Shown here: positions 38,005 to 50,659 of the stretch, piece after piece
Layout: each line of letters begins with the position of its first letter
Numbering within the stretch: position 1 is the stretch's first letter
Assembly (NCBI RefSeq): GCF_018977255.1
Contig: NW_024704742.1
Coordinates: forward strand, 17,424,001 to 17,488,000
From: Callorhinchus milii
Taxonomy: Eukaryota
Direction of reading: 5' to 3'
Length of the DNA: 64,000 nucleotides
Position numbers and translations under genes: made by a program
Notes under the pieces: generated by a model
The model's input: the letters and a program-made list of their open reading frames with translations, nothing else
Database searches by the model: none
Told to the model about the DNA's origin: nothing

Positions 38005-39360
38005 AAACAACAACCTGCATTTATATAGAGCCCTCATCCCCGAGCATTTGATAGTGGGGAGTATGACACGTTACCGGGGGAAGGGGGAGGTGACCGTAGG
38101 CACAGTTGAAGAAGAAAGTCTTCAGGTGTGACCTGAAGATGGAGAAGGAATGCGCAAGATGGAGGAATAGAGGAAGAGTGTTACAGAGTTTCGGGGTATA
38201 GTGGCTGAAAGCGCAGCCACCAATAGTGAAACGGAGGGCCCAGGGGACATGCAGAAGGCTGCAGCCAGTCGACTGAAGGCAGCAGGTTATGGGTTGAGGA
38301 GAAAACAGGTCAGAGAGATAGGGAAGTACCAGGGCATGAAGGGATTTGAAAACGAGTGTGAGGATCTTGAAATTGATCTGTTTGGCGATTGGGAGAGTGG
38401 GGCCTGGCTAGAACTGGTGTGATGGAGGGACAGACTTTAGTGCGGGTGAGTATGCTGGGGGTAGTGTTTAGGATCAGCTGGATCCTGCGTATGGTAGAGC
38501 TGGGGAGACTGGAGAAGAGGGCATTTGAAAAGTCGAGTCGGGAGGTGACAAACACATTGGGGGGAAGGTTTTGGCTGCATCTGGGGTAAGCTACGGTCAG
38601 AGGCAGGCAATGTGGCGGAGGTGGAGGAAGGTGGTCCTGGTCAAGGACCAGCTGTGGGGAAGAAGGACAGCTGTGGGTCAAACCTGACACCGAGGATATG
38701 CACTGTTCAGTGAGTCTGATAGATAGGCCGGGGAGGTCAGAACTGCAGGATAGAAGACATTGATGGGAACCAAGCAGCATGGCTTCCGTCTAGTCAACAT
38801 TTATTTGTAAGAAGTTGTCGCCCTGATGTCCACCAGACAAGCTGACAGAACATTGGCGGACTTGGAATCGATACTGGAGGAGGCAAAATAGATTTGTGTG
38901 CCATCTGCAAACATGTCGAAGTTTACCCCGTGTCTGAGGATGACATTGCCCAGAGGGAGCATATAGATGAGGAAGAGGAAGGGGCCAAGAATTCAGCCCT
39001 GGTGTTTGAAGAGACAAAGTGAAGGCAGTTTGTTAGGTAGGACTCAAACTATTCTAGTGCAGTCCCACTAAATGGATGGAGAGGTAGTGGATGAGGTTGG
39101 CGTGCTCGACTATGTCGAACACAGCGGAGAGGTCCAGGACCACCAGGAGAGCAGAGGGAACCCTGGTCACAGAGAGAGAGCGAGAGGACATTGTCTATGA
39201 CCTTGACAAGCACCGTTTCCGTGCTATGGGCAGCGAGGAAACCAGACTGGAGGCGCTCAAGAAGCCAGTGGGCGGAGAGGAGGTTCAAGGAAAGCTGATC
39301 AGTGACAACCGGTTCCGAAGCTTTGGCAAGGAAGGGCAGGTGGGAAAGGGGATGGTAAGT
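38005..39360 (-). mobile_element. Decayed L2 LINE fragment
   Basis: LQSGFLAAHSTETVLVKVIDN, DNFLQINVD and FVTSRLDFSNALF motifs with frameshifts. Confidence 0.85.
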
Positions 39361-39743
39361 TGTGAGGTTGGAGGGGTCAGGGGTGGGTTTTTTTTCACAT
39401 ATATATACTGAATGCTAAACCTGCATCGATTCCCTAACCCTAACACGAGGTGGTGCCCTGCCAACCCCTCCACCATTGCTTTATCTTAAAACTTTTACTG
39501 TCAAAAGGTGGCAGCGAAACGTACAGCAGCGGCAGCGGGAGGGGAGGAGGAGGAGGAGGAGGGGGGGAGGAGGGCTCTGAGACTATTTCGCCCATTGAAC
39601 AGGTGCCTCTGTAACGCAGCAGTGAAACTCTCTCTCTGGTCCCACACACAACAGGGACCGATTTGAAAGCGACCTCGAACTTGACGACACCAGATGGGGA
39701 TCCGCAGAGTTTGCACACAGAGCCCATCAGTGAGCACCGGCGA

Positions 39744-39744
<1 letters not shown>

Positions 39745-39775
<31 letters not shown>

Positions 39776-39820
39776 TGGTTGGTTGGTTGGTTGGTTGGTT
39801 AGTTGGTTGGTTGGTTGGGG
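39745..39820. repeat. Compound (GACA)n-(TGGT)n microsatellite in the SORCS2 promoter region
   Basis: Direct reading. Also (GGA)n at ~39543 and (CTCTCC)n at ~39945. Confidence 0.9.
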
Positions 39821-40090
39821 GCTCTCATCTCCAGCAGATGGTGCTCTCTGCCCGTCTGCCTGTCCGAGTCTGAGTGATTGAATGAGCAAAGCCCAGAAAA
39901 AAAAAGCCCCCGTGTGAGCATTAAGTGAGAGCTGCTGTTCCACCCCCTCTCCCTCTCCTCTCCCTCTCCCTCTCCCTCTCTCTCTCTGTCTCAGTCTCTC
40001 GATCCGAAGCCACACACGTCTTGATCTCTGAGTCCTGGGCTCCCGGGCGGCGGCGGTGTGACCGAGTCACTGCTCCTGCAGCCACCGGCC

Positions 40091-40486
40091 ATGGCCAGTG
40101 CCCGGCACCGGAGCTCCCACTCCAGCAGATACCTGTGGCTTCCCTCCTCCTCCTCCTCCACCTCCACCACCAGCTTCTTCCTATGGCTCTCCCTCCTCCC
40201 CTCGGCTCTTGGCGGCATCTCCCTTCTCGCCGAGCCCGGCGCCAGCCCCGGGAGGCTGGGCAGGACCGGGCTGGGGCTGGGGCTGGGGGGTGGGGAGGCT
40301 GGCGGTGGCTCGGGGCTGGGGCTGGGGCTGGGGCTGGGGCTCGGGGGGGAGGCGGCTCGGCTCGGGAGGAGATCTCTGCCGCCCTCCGGCAGCCGAGAGC
40401 CGACTCTGCTCAGCACCTCCTTCATCCTACGGGGGGACGCTTCCCACAACCAGGCGATGGTGCATTGGACAGGAGAGAACAGCAGC
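40091..40486 (+). CDS. SORCS2: VPS10-domain receptor SorCS2, coding exon 1 (signal peptide, propeptide, start of Vps10p domain); later exons not seen in window
   Basis: Kozak GCCATGG. 132 codons ending ...[28 protein letters not shown] followed by a perfect donor |GTAAGT. The motif is characteristic of SORCS2, and the synteny with GRPEL1/TADA2B matches. Confidence 0.92.
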
Positions 40487-40809
40487 GTAAGTCAGACACC
40501 GGCAGCTCTCTCTCCCTCTCTCTCCCTCTGTGTGTATATATATATATATGTGTGTGTGTGTGACTGGAGTTTATATGCACAGAGCTGTACAGTGGCTCTG
40601 ATGATTATGGTAACAGTGGTAACACAGTGCAGCGGCGCCTTCCCCACAGCCTCGGGGTCGGGGCTTCACACACGGGATCGCTCGCGGGGGTTTGTCTGAT
40701 TTGGACAACATTGTAACTTTGAAGGAGAACCTGAACCTGGAAACACTGACCGTGTGTGTGACTGTGTGTGACTGTGTGAGTGGGGGGGAAAGCCACAGGA
40801 CACGCGGCC

Positions 40810-41332
40810 CGGGGGGGGGGGGGGGAGGGTGTGTGTGTGTGGGGTGTGGGGTGTGTGTGTGTCGGGGTGTGTGTGTGGGGGGTGTGGGGGGGGGAGTGGG
40901 GGTGTGTGCGGTGTGTGTGTGTGGGTGTGTGTATGTGGGGTGTGTGTGTGTGTGTGGGGGTGTGTGGGGGGTGTGTGTGGGGGGGGTGGTGTGTGTGGGG
41001 GTGGTGTGTGTGGGGGTGTGGGGGGGGTGTGTGTGGGGGTGTGTGTGGGGGGGGGTGGGGTGGGGGGTGGGTGTGTGTTGGGGGGTGTGTGTGTGGGTGT
41101 GTGTGTGTGTGTGTGTGGGGGGGGGGTGTGTGTGTGTGTGTGGGGGTGTGTGTGTGGGGGGGGGTGGGGTGGGGGGTGTGTGTGTGTGTGTGGGGGTGTG
41201 TGTGGGGGTGGGTGTGGGGGTGTGTGTGTGTGGGGTGGGGTGGGAGGGGTGTGTGGGGTGTGTGTGTGTGTGGGGGTGGGGTGGGGGGGGTGTGTGTGGG
41301 GGTGTGTGGGGGGTGTTTGTGGGGTGTGGGGG
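40810..41332. repeat. G/T-only low-complexity tract ((GT)n interspersed with G-runs)
   Basis: About 520 bp almost devoid of A and C on +. Confidence 0.95.
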
Positions 41333-41647
41333 CTCACAGGCAGTCACTTGGGGCTCTGCTGAGAGGGTCACAGACTCTCTGAACATCTCTCACTAAATGG
41401 TGCGAAAACAGTACAGTAGAAAGTAACTTAACTTTGTTATCCCCCTTCTTCCTCCTCTCTTTCCCGCCCCCAAAAACGAAAGTGAATGGGGAGCACAGAG
41501 CTGTTTGTGAGGGGGAACACTGAAGCTGAAACGCGCCCCTTTTGCACACGGAAGTTCGGGCGCCACATGTCAAGTTTGCGCATCTTAACCCTTTCGGGTT
41601 ACGCCACTTCGCTGTTGCACGAACTTCGCGGGATCTGAGCTACACAC

Positions 41648-42270
41648 GTGTGTGAGTGTGAGAGTAAGTCTGTGTCTGTGTGAGTGAGTGTGTGTGTGTC
41701 AGTGTGTGTGTGAGAGTAAGTCTGTGTCTGTGTGAGTGAGTGTGTGTGTGTCAGTGTGTGTGTGAGAGTAAGTCTGTGTCTGTGTGAGTGAGTGTGTGTG
41801 TGTGTGTCAGTGTGTGTGTGAGAGTGAGTCTGTGTCTGAGTGAGTGTGTGTGTGAGTGTGTGTGAGAGTAAGTCTGTGTCTGTGAGTGAGTGTGTGTGTC
41901 AGTGTGTGAGAGTAAGTCTGTGTGTGTGTGTCAGTGAGTGTGTGTGTCAGTGAGTGTGTGTCAGTGTGTGTGACAGTGTGTGTGAGTGTGTGAGAGTGTG
42001 TCAGTGTGAGTGTGTGTGTCAGTGTGAGTGTGTGTGTCAGTGTGTGTGAGTGTCAGTGAGTGAGTGTGTGTGTGTGTGTCAGTGTGTGTGTGTCAGTGAG
42101 TGTGTGTCAGTGTGTGTGAGTGTGTGTCAGTGTGTGTGAGTGTGTGAGAGTGAGTCTGTGTGTGTGAGTGAGTGAGTGTGTGAGTGGGTGAGAGTGAGAG
42201 AGTGTGTGTGAGTGAGAGTGAGCGAGTGTGTGTGAGTGAGAGTGAGAGTGTGTGTGTGAGTGAGAGTGTT
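41648..42270. repeat. (GT)/(GA)-rich minisatellite with ~52-bp higher-order unit
   Basis: GAGAGTAAGTCTGTG recurs with GTAAGT at 41664, 41716, 41768, 41868 and 41912. Confidence 0.9.
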
Positions 42271-45200
42271 AAAGCTGGGATTATCCGCTGTGTGCGCAGA
42301 TCACTGGCAGCACAAGCACAGCACTGGCTGTCCTGGGCTCACTCACTCACTCACACACTCTCTCTCTCTCTGCTTGGTGTCTGCTCTCACTGCCCCCCCG
42401 GAGTCTGTGTGTGTCACGCTGGGGTGTAACAGTGTGGCGAGGGGAAGATACAGTTTGATAACTCATTATAATATTATTAGAATAATAATAATCCTTGCAT
42501 TTGATATTGCGCCTTATCACACCTTCGAGCCGTCTCAAAACTCCTCACAGAATATACTGTTAAAATGAAATGGACTGTACATTCTCCAAGCAAAAAGTTT
42601 TGTCTTGGGAGCAATGGCTCACCATGGCTCATGTTAAATAAGTCTAACCTCCTCTCATTCAAACTGTTCAAGCTACCAGAGGTTCCTGTGTGAAATGGGA
42701 ACACATGGCTATGAAATACAGACTGAAATTTAACTGGTCGGGAGGGAGGGAAGGAAGGAAGGTTGTAAAATATTGACCAGGCAAGGCTGTCCAACAGCAA
42801 AGTACTGCAATACTCTGGATGCTGATTATTAAAACATCACTGAGCAGATTATGCACTCGGGGACGTTAAATATAAATCTTGGTAACTCTAATCTGAGGGG
42901 TTGTGTGGAGTCCTGAATTATTGTCGATTCAATTTTGCTAATGGATTTTTGCAGGAAGTTAAACCTGCAAAATAATGCAATAGAAAATCCCAAATAATAA
43001 TAATTCCTAAAGCATTTGATAGGATTTACTGGTCTGTGAAGTACTGCAATTGATCATAACGTGAAAGAGCTATAGCCAGTGTTGACACAGTGTAGTAAAG
43101 GACAGCAATCCAATAAAATAAAATGAGAGTCCTCCATACAGCATGTGTTTTCCTCCCTCCGCCTTGAAGGTAGTGACTCATGCTGGGTCACAGTTGCCGG
43201 CAGCTCTCAGCTATTTTGCCTAATTGACCATTCTTCATGTGTGAGGCTGGACCACTGTGATGGGGGTGGTTACACAGCCCAGACTGATAATACCCTCTTT
43301 TTTTTTGGTCAGCCAGGTATCTGACACACGCGAAAACCCATCATCGTGCTTATGAGTATCCAAATTAAACAGAGTTCCATGCATCCCATCTCTGCATGCA
43401 GATTCCAGAGATGTTTATAGGAATGTAATGTAATACACACTCTCTCCCTGGAGGGATGCATCCTACTTACCTAATTCCAGAAAATATTAGGCACTAGTTG
43501 GCAAGATCCCCAGAGTGTGTGTTGGGGTATGTTGGAGTCTAACCGTTCTTGGCCCCCTCCTTTTCCTCATCTATATGCTCCCTCTGGAGCTTGACATTAA
43601 GAGCAAGCTTTCCCACCTTTTGTCCAGCTAGGACCATCTTACCCAGAAGGGCTTTGGCTTGTGAGAGCATTCCCACCGTCTTCCTGCCCGGAGCTCGGGC
43701 ATGCGAGTGAAGTATTGTTGGATTGTAACCTATAGGGTCCGTTGCCCAGGCTCCAGTGGTGACCAGAGCTGGAGCTTAAGCAATGTAGTCGTTTTTTTAA
43801 AAAAAAGCTTCTCTCTGATGTTGAGTTTACTGAGGTTGATGACTAACATTATAAAGGCATTGTTGGTCACAGCAAATCTGATCACATCTGATCAAAGTCC
43901 AATGCAACAACAACTAATGCACATTTGATTAATAAAGACTGAACTTGTGACAGTCTGAAGTGAGGCAAATCTGTTTCTCTGTAATTTTAATAATTTAAGC
44001 TCCTTTAAATTAAAAATGAGACAGAGATACATACCACTGTCGAACAAAGGATGTTTCTTATACACTGACTTACATCATGTATATGTGCACATTCCTGTCA
44101 CTCGTTCTGCCTTTTCCTTTTTTCTATTGTAATTGTAATGGCCACAGCTCCACAATCACTTCCCATTGAGCGCCATTCTCTTGATACATGTTAGATGTAT
44201 GCTGTTTATCTTGTACTGAATGACCAACATCACATGTACAGGCATTGCTTCAATCCCTCCCCCATCACTTTGTGACTTCTTCTTCAGTTCAGTATTTTAA
44301 CATTATACTTCATTTTAAATATGCTTCATGTGCATCAATCTCATTTACACCGAGGTATATTTGCAAGTTACCATTCACTAATATGGAACTTCTTCAAAAA
44401 TTGTACACACAGTCAAAGAAAAACAATCCAGAAGCCGCTTGATACTATATAGAGCCCTTTCAAGCCTCACTGAAATTGACAATTACATAGAGCTGGCCTG
44501 TATTTGTGACCTTAGCATCTGTTCTATTGTAGCTGAAATTCCTATACAACAGTGATGGCTATAAACATTACTTAACATTTTTCACAATATTCTACTGTGT
44601 AAGTATGTTTTAGTCAGCCACCATATATGCTCTAAGGAGTTATAGATTTAATAAGTACTGGATAAGCGTACAACTTAGACCTATTTTCAAACTAACTTGA
44701 CATAATAAAGAGTTCTAATATGTATCAATTGAAATATAGCCGCATTTGTGATCACTGTTACCTGTAGTGGCTTTGGAGATGTTGGTGGGATTTCCTCATT
44801 CCCAAAGGTGCTAAAACTAAAGCTGACCAGAATTTCAGCCCAGGGATTTCTTAATTATGACTCCGAACTGCAACGCAGTCCATAAAACTTTGTTCTGAAA
44901 GTAGATCGAGTCACAGCGGTTTCTGCAGGTCTGAGTTACAGACGTGCTTTGGCTACTGGAAACAATCCCAATTTGTGACTTGGGAACCCTTATTGAGAAA
45001 TCTTGTTTGAAATTACCATTTTTTCGTTAGACCCCGTCTAAGAAACATGTATTGTGAATGATTTGCTGCGGTCCTGCTTATCGGTAATTTTATTTGGTGT
45101 TGATGGAACTCAGGAGATTGTCAGAATCTGCTTAAATTGCATGATATAGTCACAATGGGATCTAATTAGTGAATTTCACAAACAGCATTTGATGCGTTAA

Positions 45201-45279
45201 TCGGCACTCTGACTTGCGAATATTGAAAACTAACCAATTTAATTTGGGGCTTACATTTTCAATTCCATTTAAAATTTTA

Positions 45280-45480
45280 TAAGGTCTATAAGGTCATCTT
45301 TTGAAACATCTCCTCTCAAGACTGACGAGCCCTAACTTGTCTAATCATTGCTCATAGTTCATTCCTCTCATGCTGGGGATCATCCTTGTTGCTCTCTTCT
45401 TAACTGCCTCTACTGTCTGGGCAGCCTCCTTATATTGCGACAAGCAGAACTGTGTGCAGTACTCTCGGTGCAGACTCAGT
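45280..45480 (-). mobile_element. CR1 LINE fragment
   Basis: GGGGATCATCCTTGTTGCTCTCTTCT...CAGAACTGTGTGCAGTACTC is the reverse of the CR1 EYCxQFW region. Confidence 0.7.
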
Positions 45481-46169
45481 GGGGTTGGGGTGGCACTTTG
45501 TTTACCACAAGTGGTTCACTCTTCCTCCTCACTGTGGTGTATTCTCCATGGTATAATACAATGCACATTTATTTAGTGTATTTCACATGGAGGGGGCTGG
45601 AGGAAGGGGAGTCACAAAGTGGTACTGTATATGATTTTGTTTGCACTGCACATCATATTGCTAATTTGACACGTGTAGCCCTATTTTAACACTTCTTTAT
45701 AATGTGAGTTTGGTTATAATAAAACAGCTTTACTGTGGACCCCTGTGTGCAGCCGGGCTGACCCAAATATTGGATCACCAGGTTGCTGTGATGTCACTTC
45801 CTATTTTGTGCATGATGATGACTTGATGACCCATAAATCAGCCATTTTTCTTTAGCATGGGAACCAGTCACACACACAGAGCGAGCTAGCCTGTTGCATG
45901 CACAGTGAAAACGGCTATTGTTTCTTGCTGCTCCTCAGGAGGCTCACAACCATCCACATAATAATCCAGTTATGTCATTCTAGCTGTTTAAACTCCAACA
46001 ATACCACAATGCATACTCTGAGTTCCCGAAACATTGGCTTCTGCCAGCCTGTGCATTTTGATCTCCAGAATTAGATTAAGCAGGGTGTGTCCCTCTGGGA
46101 AGAGAGTGCATTCTTTTCAGACACAGGGATTTCCATATCGGGCAAGGGTGGGTTGGTTATTGGACTTGA

Positions 46170-46452
46170 GTTACAAATCAGCCATGATCTTAGAGAATGG
46201 TGAAACAGGCTTGAGGGGCTGAATGGCCTACTCCGATTTCTAAGTTTTGTATATATGGAAGTCTTAGTCTGGTTTGGATATCATAAGAACATAAGAATTA
46301 GGAGCAGGAGTAGGCCATTCGGTCCCTCGAGCCTGCCCCTCCATTCGATAAGATCATAGCTGATCTTCAGACCTAACTATAATTACCTGCCCTATCCCCA
46401 TATCCCTTAATCCCTCTGTTTTTTAAAAATCTATCAGTCTCAGCCTTGAATC
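46170..46452. mobile_element. Two CR1 3' ends facing tail-to-tail
   Basis: CAGGCTTGAGGGGCTGAATGGCCTACTCC (+, 46207) versus CATAAGAACATAAGAATTAGGAGCAGGAGTAGGCCATTCGGTCCCTCGAGCCTG (-, 46283). Confidence 0.75.
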
Positions 46453-49400
46453 TGTAAGCATCAGGATGGTTTTCTGCACATCATTGGTCTTTGGCTGACC
46501 AAACACAAAAAGGCTTTGTTATAACTCATGGTGGAATTTTATAGAACCCAACCAACACATTACATCAGACTCCACCATATGTTCAAAGTTATGGAAGTGA
46601 AATTTTGGGAAGAATTGATGGATGGATATGAGGCTTAAAATTCTAGAAATTCAACTTGCAAATGAAGTCTGAATTTAAGAATTCTGTACAATTTTACATG
46701 ATCTTAAATTTCAGCCCAAAAGATTTTAGAAGTCAGATTAGTTCAAATTTCAGGTTTTTACACAGAATAATGGAGATGAAGTAATACATGTATATACAGT
46801 AATAGGAGTGCTGTGAGTAATAATAAAAATGATCCTGTTTTAAAACCATGCCAACAGAATGATATTTAATCCCCTCCTTTTGTCAAAAAAAAGTTCTTAT
46901 AGAATACAAAGGGCTTCTCCTTCATATAATAAATTTAGTACCAGCTGCCAGACAAACTTTACAGGATGTAGCTTACATACCCTTAGGGGATATACAGTGC
47001 AATGTAATTCCTTGTGAAGCTGCAACCTTACCTTGGTATTGAGGTGTCTATTCTACTGGATACACCATCAGTTTGTAGTGTAGAAGCATTCAATTCTTAT
47101 TATTGCTTTATAACAAAATAATCCTTGCATTTGATATAGAGCCTTATTACGTCTTCAAGAAGCCTCAAAGCGATTCACAGAATATACTGTAAAGCGAAAT
47201 GACTGTATACTTTGTGGGCAAAACGCGACAGCCAATTGCGCATAGTAGTGTCTCACAAATATCAAATGCAAGTATTATTATTTATCATTCAAGTACCACT
47301 GCACCTCTCCTGGGTCCATTATAAAGAGTATCACAGGTATATTAAAGTCCTTGTACAGAATTAACAATATGAGCTAGAGCTAAAGCTAATCTCTTCTGAG
47401 AACCTGTTCAATAAATGAAAATGACAAGTATTAATGCCCTATATTTAACTCGTTACACCCAAATAATTAAAAGCTTCACTTTTAAAAAAAATAATTTCAC
47501 AATAATTTTGGAAAAAAAAGTACACCATCTAAATATTCCTCTCACATACAGATGCGAGGGAGGGAAGATGGAGGGAAAATCACAATAATTCTACATTACA
47601 GCGCTGCTGGGGTGTTAGCCTGGCTCAGCCTGGTAGCACTCTTGTGTCTAACTTGGATGGTTGTGGGTTCCATGTTGGGACTTTGAACTCGCATTCTTGA
47701 CTGTCCTTCAGATGAGAAGCTAAACCAAGGTCTGGTCTGCCTGTGCAGGTGATGTTAGAGTGTCTCCTGGTGTCCTGCTAACAGTCCTTGAAATAAAATA
47801 CCTACAAAATACACAGTCACTAATTTTGTGAAGGTCTTTAAAATGTAGTGCCAATGTGAATAGTGCTATATTAAATCAAATGTAAGGATTCTAGTGCCCA
47901 TTAATAAAGCTCCTTTGCATGTAATGGTCAGTTTAGGCATGAAAGAATAATTGTAAGAGTAACTCCTTGCATGTGAGAATTTGTACAGTATTTGAAAGGT
48001 GAAAAGTTAACCCTATGTATCTATCAGTTTCATTATACCATTGGTTAGTGTGTCCCAAGTTGGACCCTGTCTGGCATTAAAGAAATTGGAACCCAAATAT
48101 GTGTCAGATCCAAAATTGATCTATCACATATTTGGGTTCTTAATGATAGATTTCCTTTTTTAAAACAATCCTTAATAAGGAATCTAGGTTGCTCAAATTG
48201 GGAATCCTTCCAGTAACCGGATTATGGCACATGATCTAACACCACGTGATCTATATCTAGAGCGAAGTTCCTGTTGGTCAACAGGAATTTTAATTATTGA
48301 GGAAACATATGAAGAAATACTACAAATTGGATTCCAATTTACAGTACCTAGACTGCCTAAGATGCAGAAGATTAATGAAAATCTCAGAAAATTGTGCCTC
48401 AATTGCCCCAAAAGCTAACTTGTACATAAATAGTGTCAGTTGGAATAGACATAGTTTTCATTTTATGGAGGAGGAATAACATGGACAGCGATGAAAAGAG
48501 CTAAGGTGAACATCTGTTTTGTTTTTTTGTGTGTGCTCATATGAATAACATCAAGGTAGTGCTATTGGTGTAAGTGAGGGTGGAGTAAATTATTAATTGA
48601 ATGACTGGAACAAAGGCATTATAGGTTAGCTGTAGGGGTTTTTAGCTGTTCATAAAAAAACCAATATCGTGCAGTTTTAAGACTTCTGCGTCACAGAAGT
48701 ATTGAATTGCGCAATACTGGCAGCACTGATGGGAAGCTTTTCACTAATATAACATTTGTGACATCTACAAGCACCATTGTGATGACAGAAAAAAGCAATA
48801 GAAAATGCTCCAGTTTTGATCAATAATCTCATCAGGGATTCCATGGAACTGATTGGAGAACTATGTAAATCCATGCTTCTGTATTTTAATTGTCTGTTGT
48901 TATTGGTTACAAAAATAATCTTTGGATAAAATATTTTTTTTCAACCTGATAACCTTAGTTATGTAAGTAACAAGTTTTTTCATGTTAAGCAATATTTTTC
49001 TGGTCCAGCCATACAACTGGCCTCTGCCATAAAGGCTATTGAGCAAATAATACCACCATCAGTCATTGTTAACTATATCAGTTTAAAATGTCTTGTTACA
49101 CAAATGTAATTTTGTTGTTGTTGGTGTATCTGTGTGTGTATGTTATGACAGATTTGTGTCTTGACTCAGCTGAAACTCCGATCTAGCCAACATTGGATAT
49201 CAAACCTCAGGATGATAAGAAAAGCTGTGTGTCAAAGTGATGTAGGTTCTGATACAGGAAGGTGTTTCCACTCAGATTCCTTAGTTAAGGACTCCTGTTT
49301 GAAGTTGCTAAAATTTTGTCCATTGTCTATTTTAGAATATATAGTGATTCATGGAACAAAACCCCACATCCTGTCACTGGCATCTTGCCTTGCTCTGTCA

Positions 49401-49859
49401 ATTGAGCTCCAGGCATTGGATTAGAAGGTGCTGAGTTTGCCTAGCACTGGGGTCACTTTTTAAGACTGAATTAGCTTGCTTGAAGTCCTGCAGATTCTCT
49501 GCCCACGACTGGTGGGTGATCCTTCAGCCACATTAACTACACTCTTGAACTCTCATCCGAAATCCTCCACCTTTCATTCCCCCTGATCACTTCCAAAACC
49601 TTACTAAAAACCCTATCCCTTTCACTACATCATCGCCCTCCTACAACCCTGCTCAGGTTCCTACTCAATTTATGTTAAGCACTTTAAGACGTTTGATTAC
49701 ATGAAAGCCACTATAAAAGTACAAATTGTTGTTGTCGACAAGTTCTTCTTAACCCTGCCAGCCAGATCCTGAACAGGTAAGGAGGGTCGTATAAGCTGAC
49801 CAAATACAATGCTATTTAGCTAGCTCATTTGTATGTCACTGTGGAGCAATGTGTGTTGT

Positions 49860-50300
49860 TAGCCTGCCTCAGCTAGTTGACCTCTCACCTCTGAGTCAGT
49901 CCCATGTCGGGATATTGAACCCATGCATTTGATATAGCGCTTTTCACGTCTTCTAGACGTCCCAAAGCGCTTCACAGAATATACTGTAAAGTGAATTGAC
50001 TGTATATTTATTCTGACATTCCTATGCAGAGTTGGAGGTGCTGTCCTTCACATGAGATGTGAAAACAAGGTCCCATCTGTTCAGGTGGATGTTAAAGATT
50101 CTATGGCACTGTTTGAAAAGAGAAGGGAGTTTCTCCTGGTGTTCTGGTCAACAATCCCCCAAATAAAATTAGTTATTCACTTTATGGCTGTTGTGGGATA
50201 TTGCTGCGTGTAAATTGGCTGCTGCATTCACTTACAAAACACACAGTCGCTGCACTTTACAGTATAAGGTGCTATACCAAATGTAAGTATTATTATTTAT
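49860..50300 (+). mobile_element. DeuSINE-like copy interrupted by a reverse-oriented younger SINE tail (49925-50010)
   Basis: Head CTCAGCTAGTTGACCTCTCACCTCTGAGTCAG; core TTCAGGTGGATGTTAAAGATTCTATGGCACTGTTTGAAAAGAGAAGGGAGTTTCTCCTGGTGTTCTGGTCAACA. Further copies at ~47615, 51550, 55975 and 60710. Confidence 0.75.
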
Positions 50301-50659
50301 TTTATATGCTCTCACACTGGGACTTGGGCATGAGTATCATTGAAGTTTTCAGTTTTATACTTTTAATTGAAGTTGTCATTTAGGAAAAATTCCTCCAGAA
50401 ATGTTGATTTATCTGGGAATTTTATTTATGCATGACAGATGGATGATGTTCAAAGATAGGCAATGACTTCCATTTTGCTCTGCCACTTTCAGCAAGTAAC
50501 AAAGCTGTAGAATGTGTGCCAGCCCTGTTTGAAAATCTTGATTTCACTTCAAAAAATAAAATTCCTCTGAATTGGCAGAACTAAAAGAATTTTGAACATT
50601 GGAAATACAGAATAAAGAAAATTCACAGTAAGTAAATCAACATCAAAAACATACAACTT

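Noticed and set aside
40571..41396. 200-270-aa His/Thr/Pro- or Gly/Val/Cys-rich ORFs
   Set aside because: Translations of the G/T simple repeat in SORCS2 intron 1.
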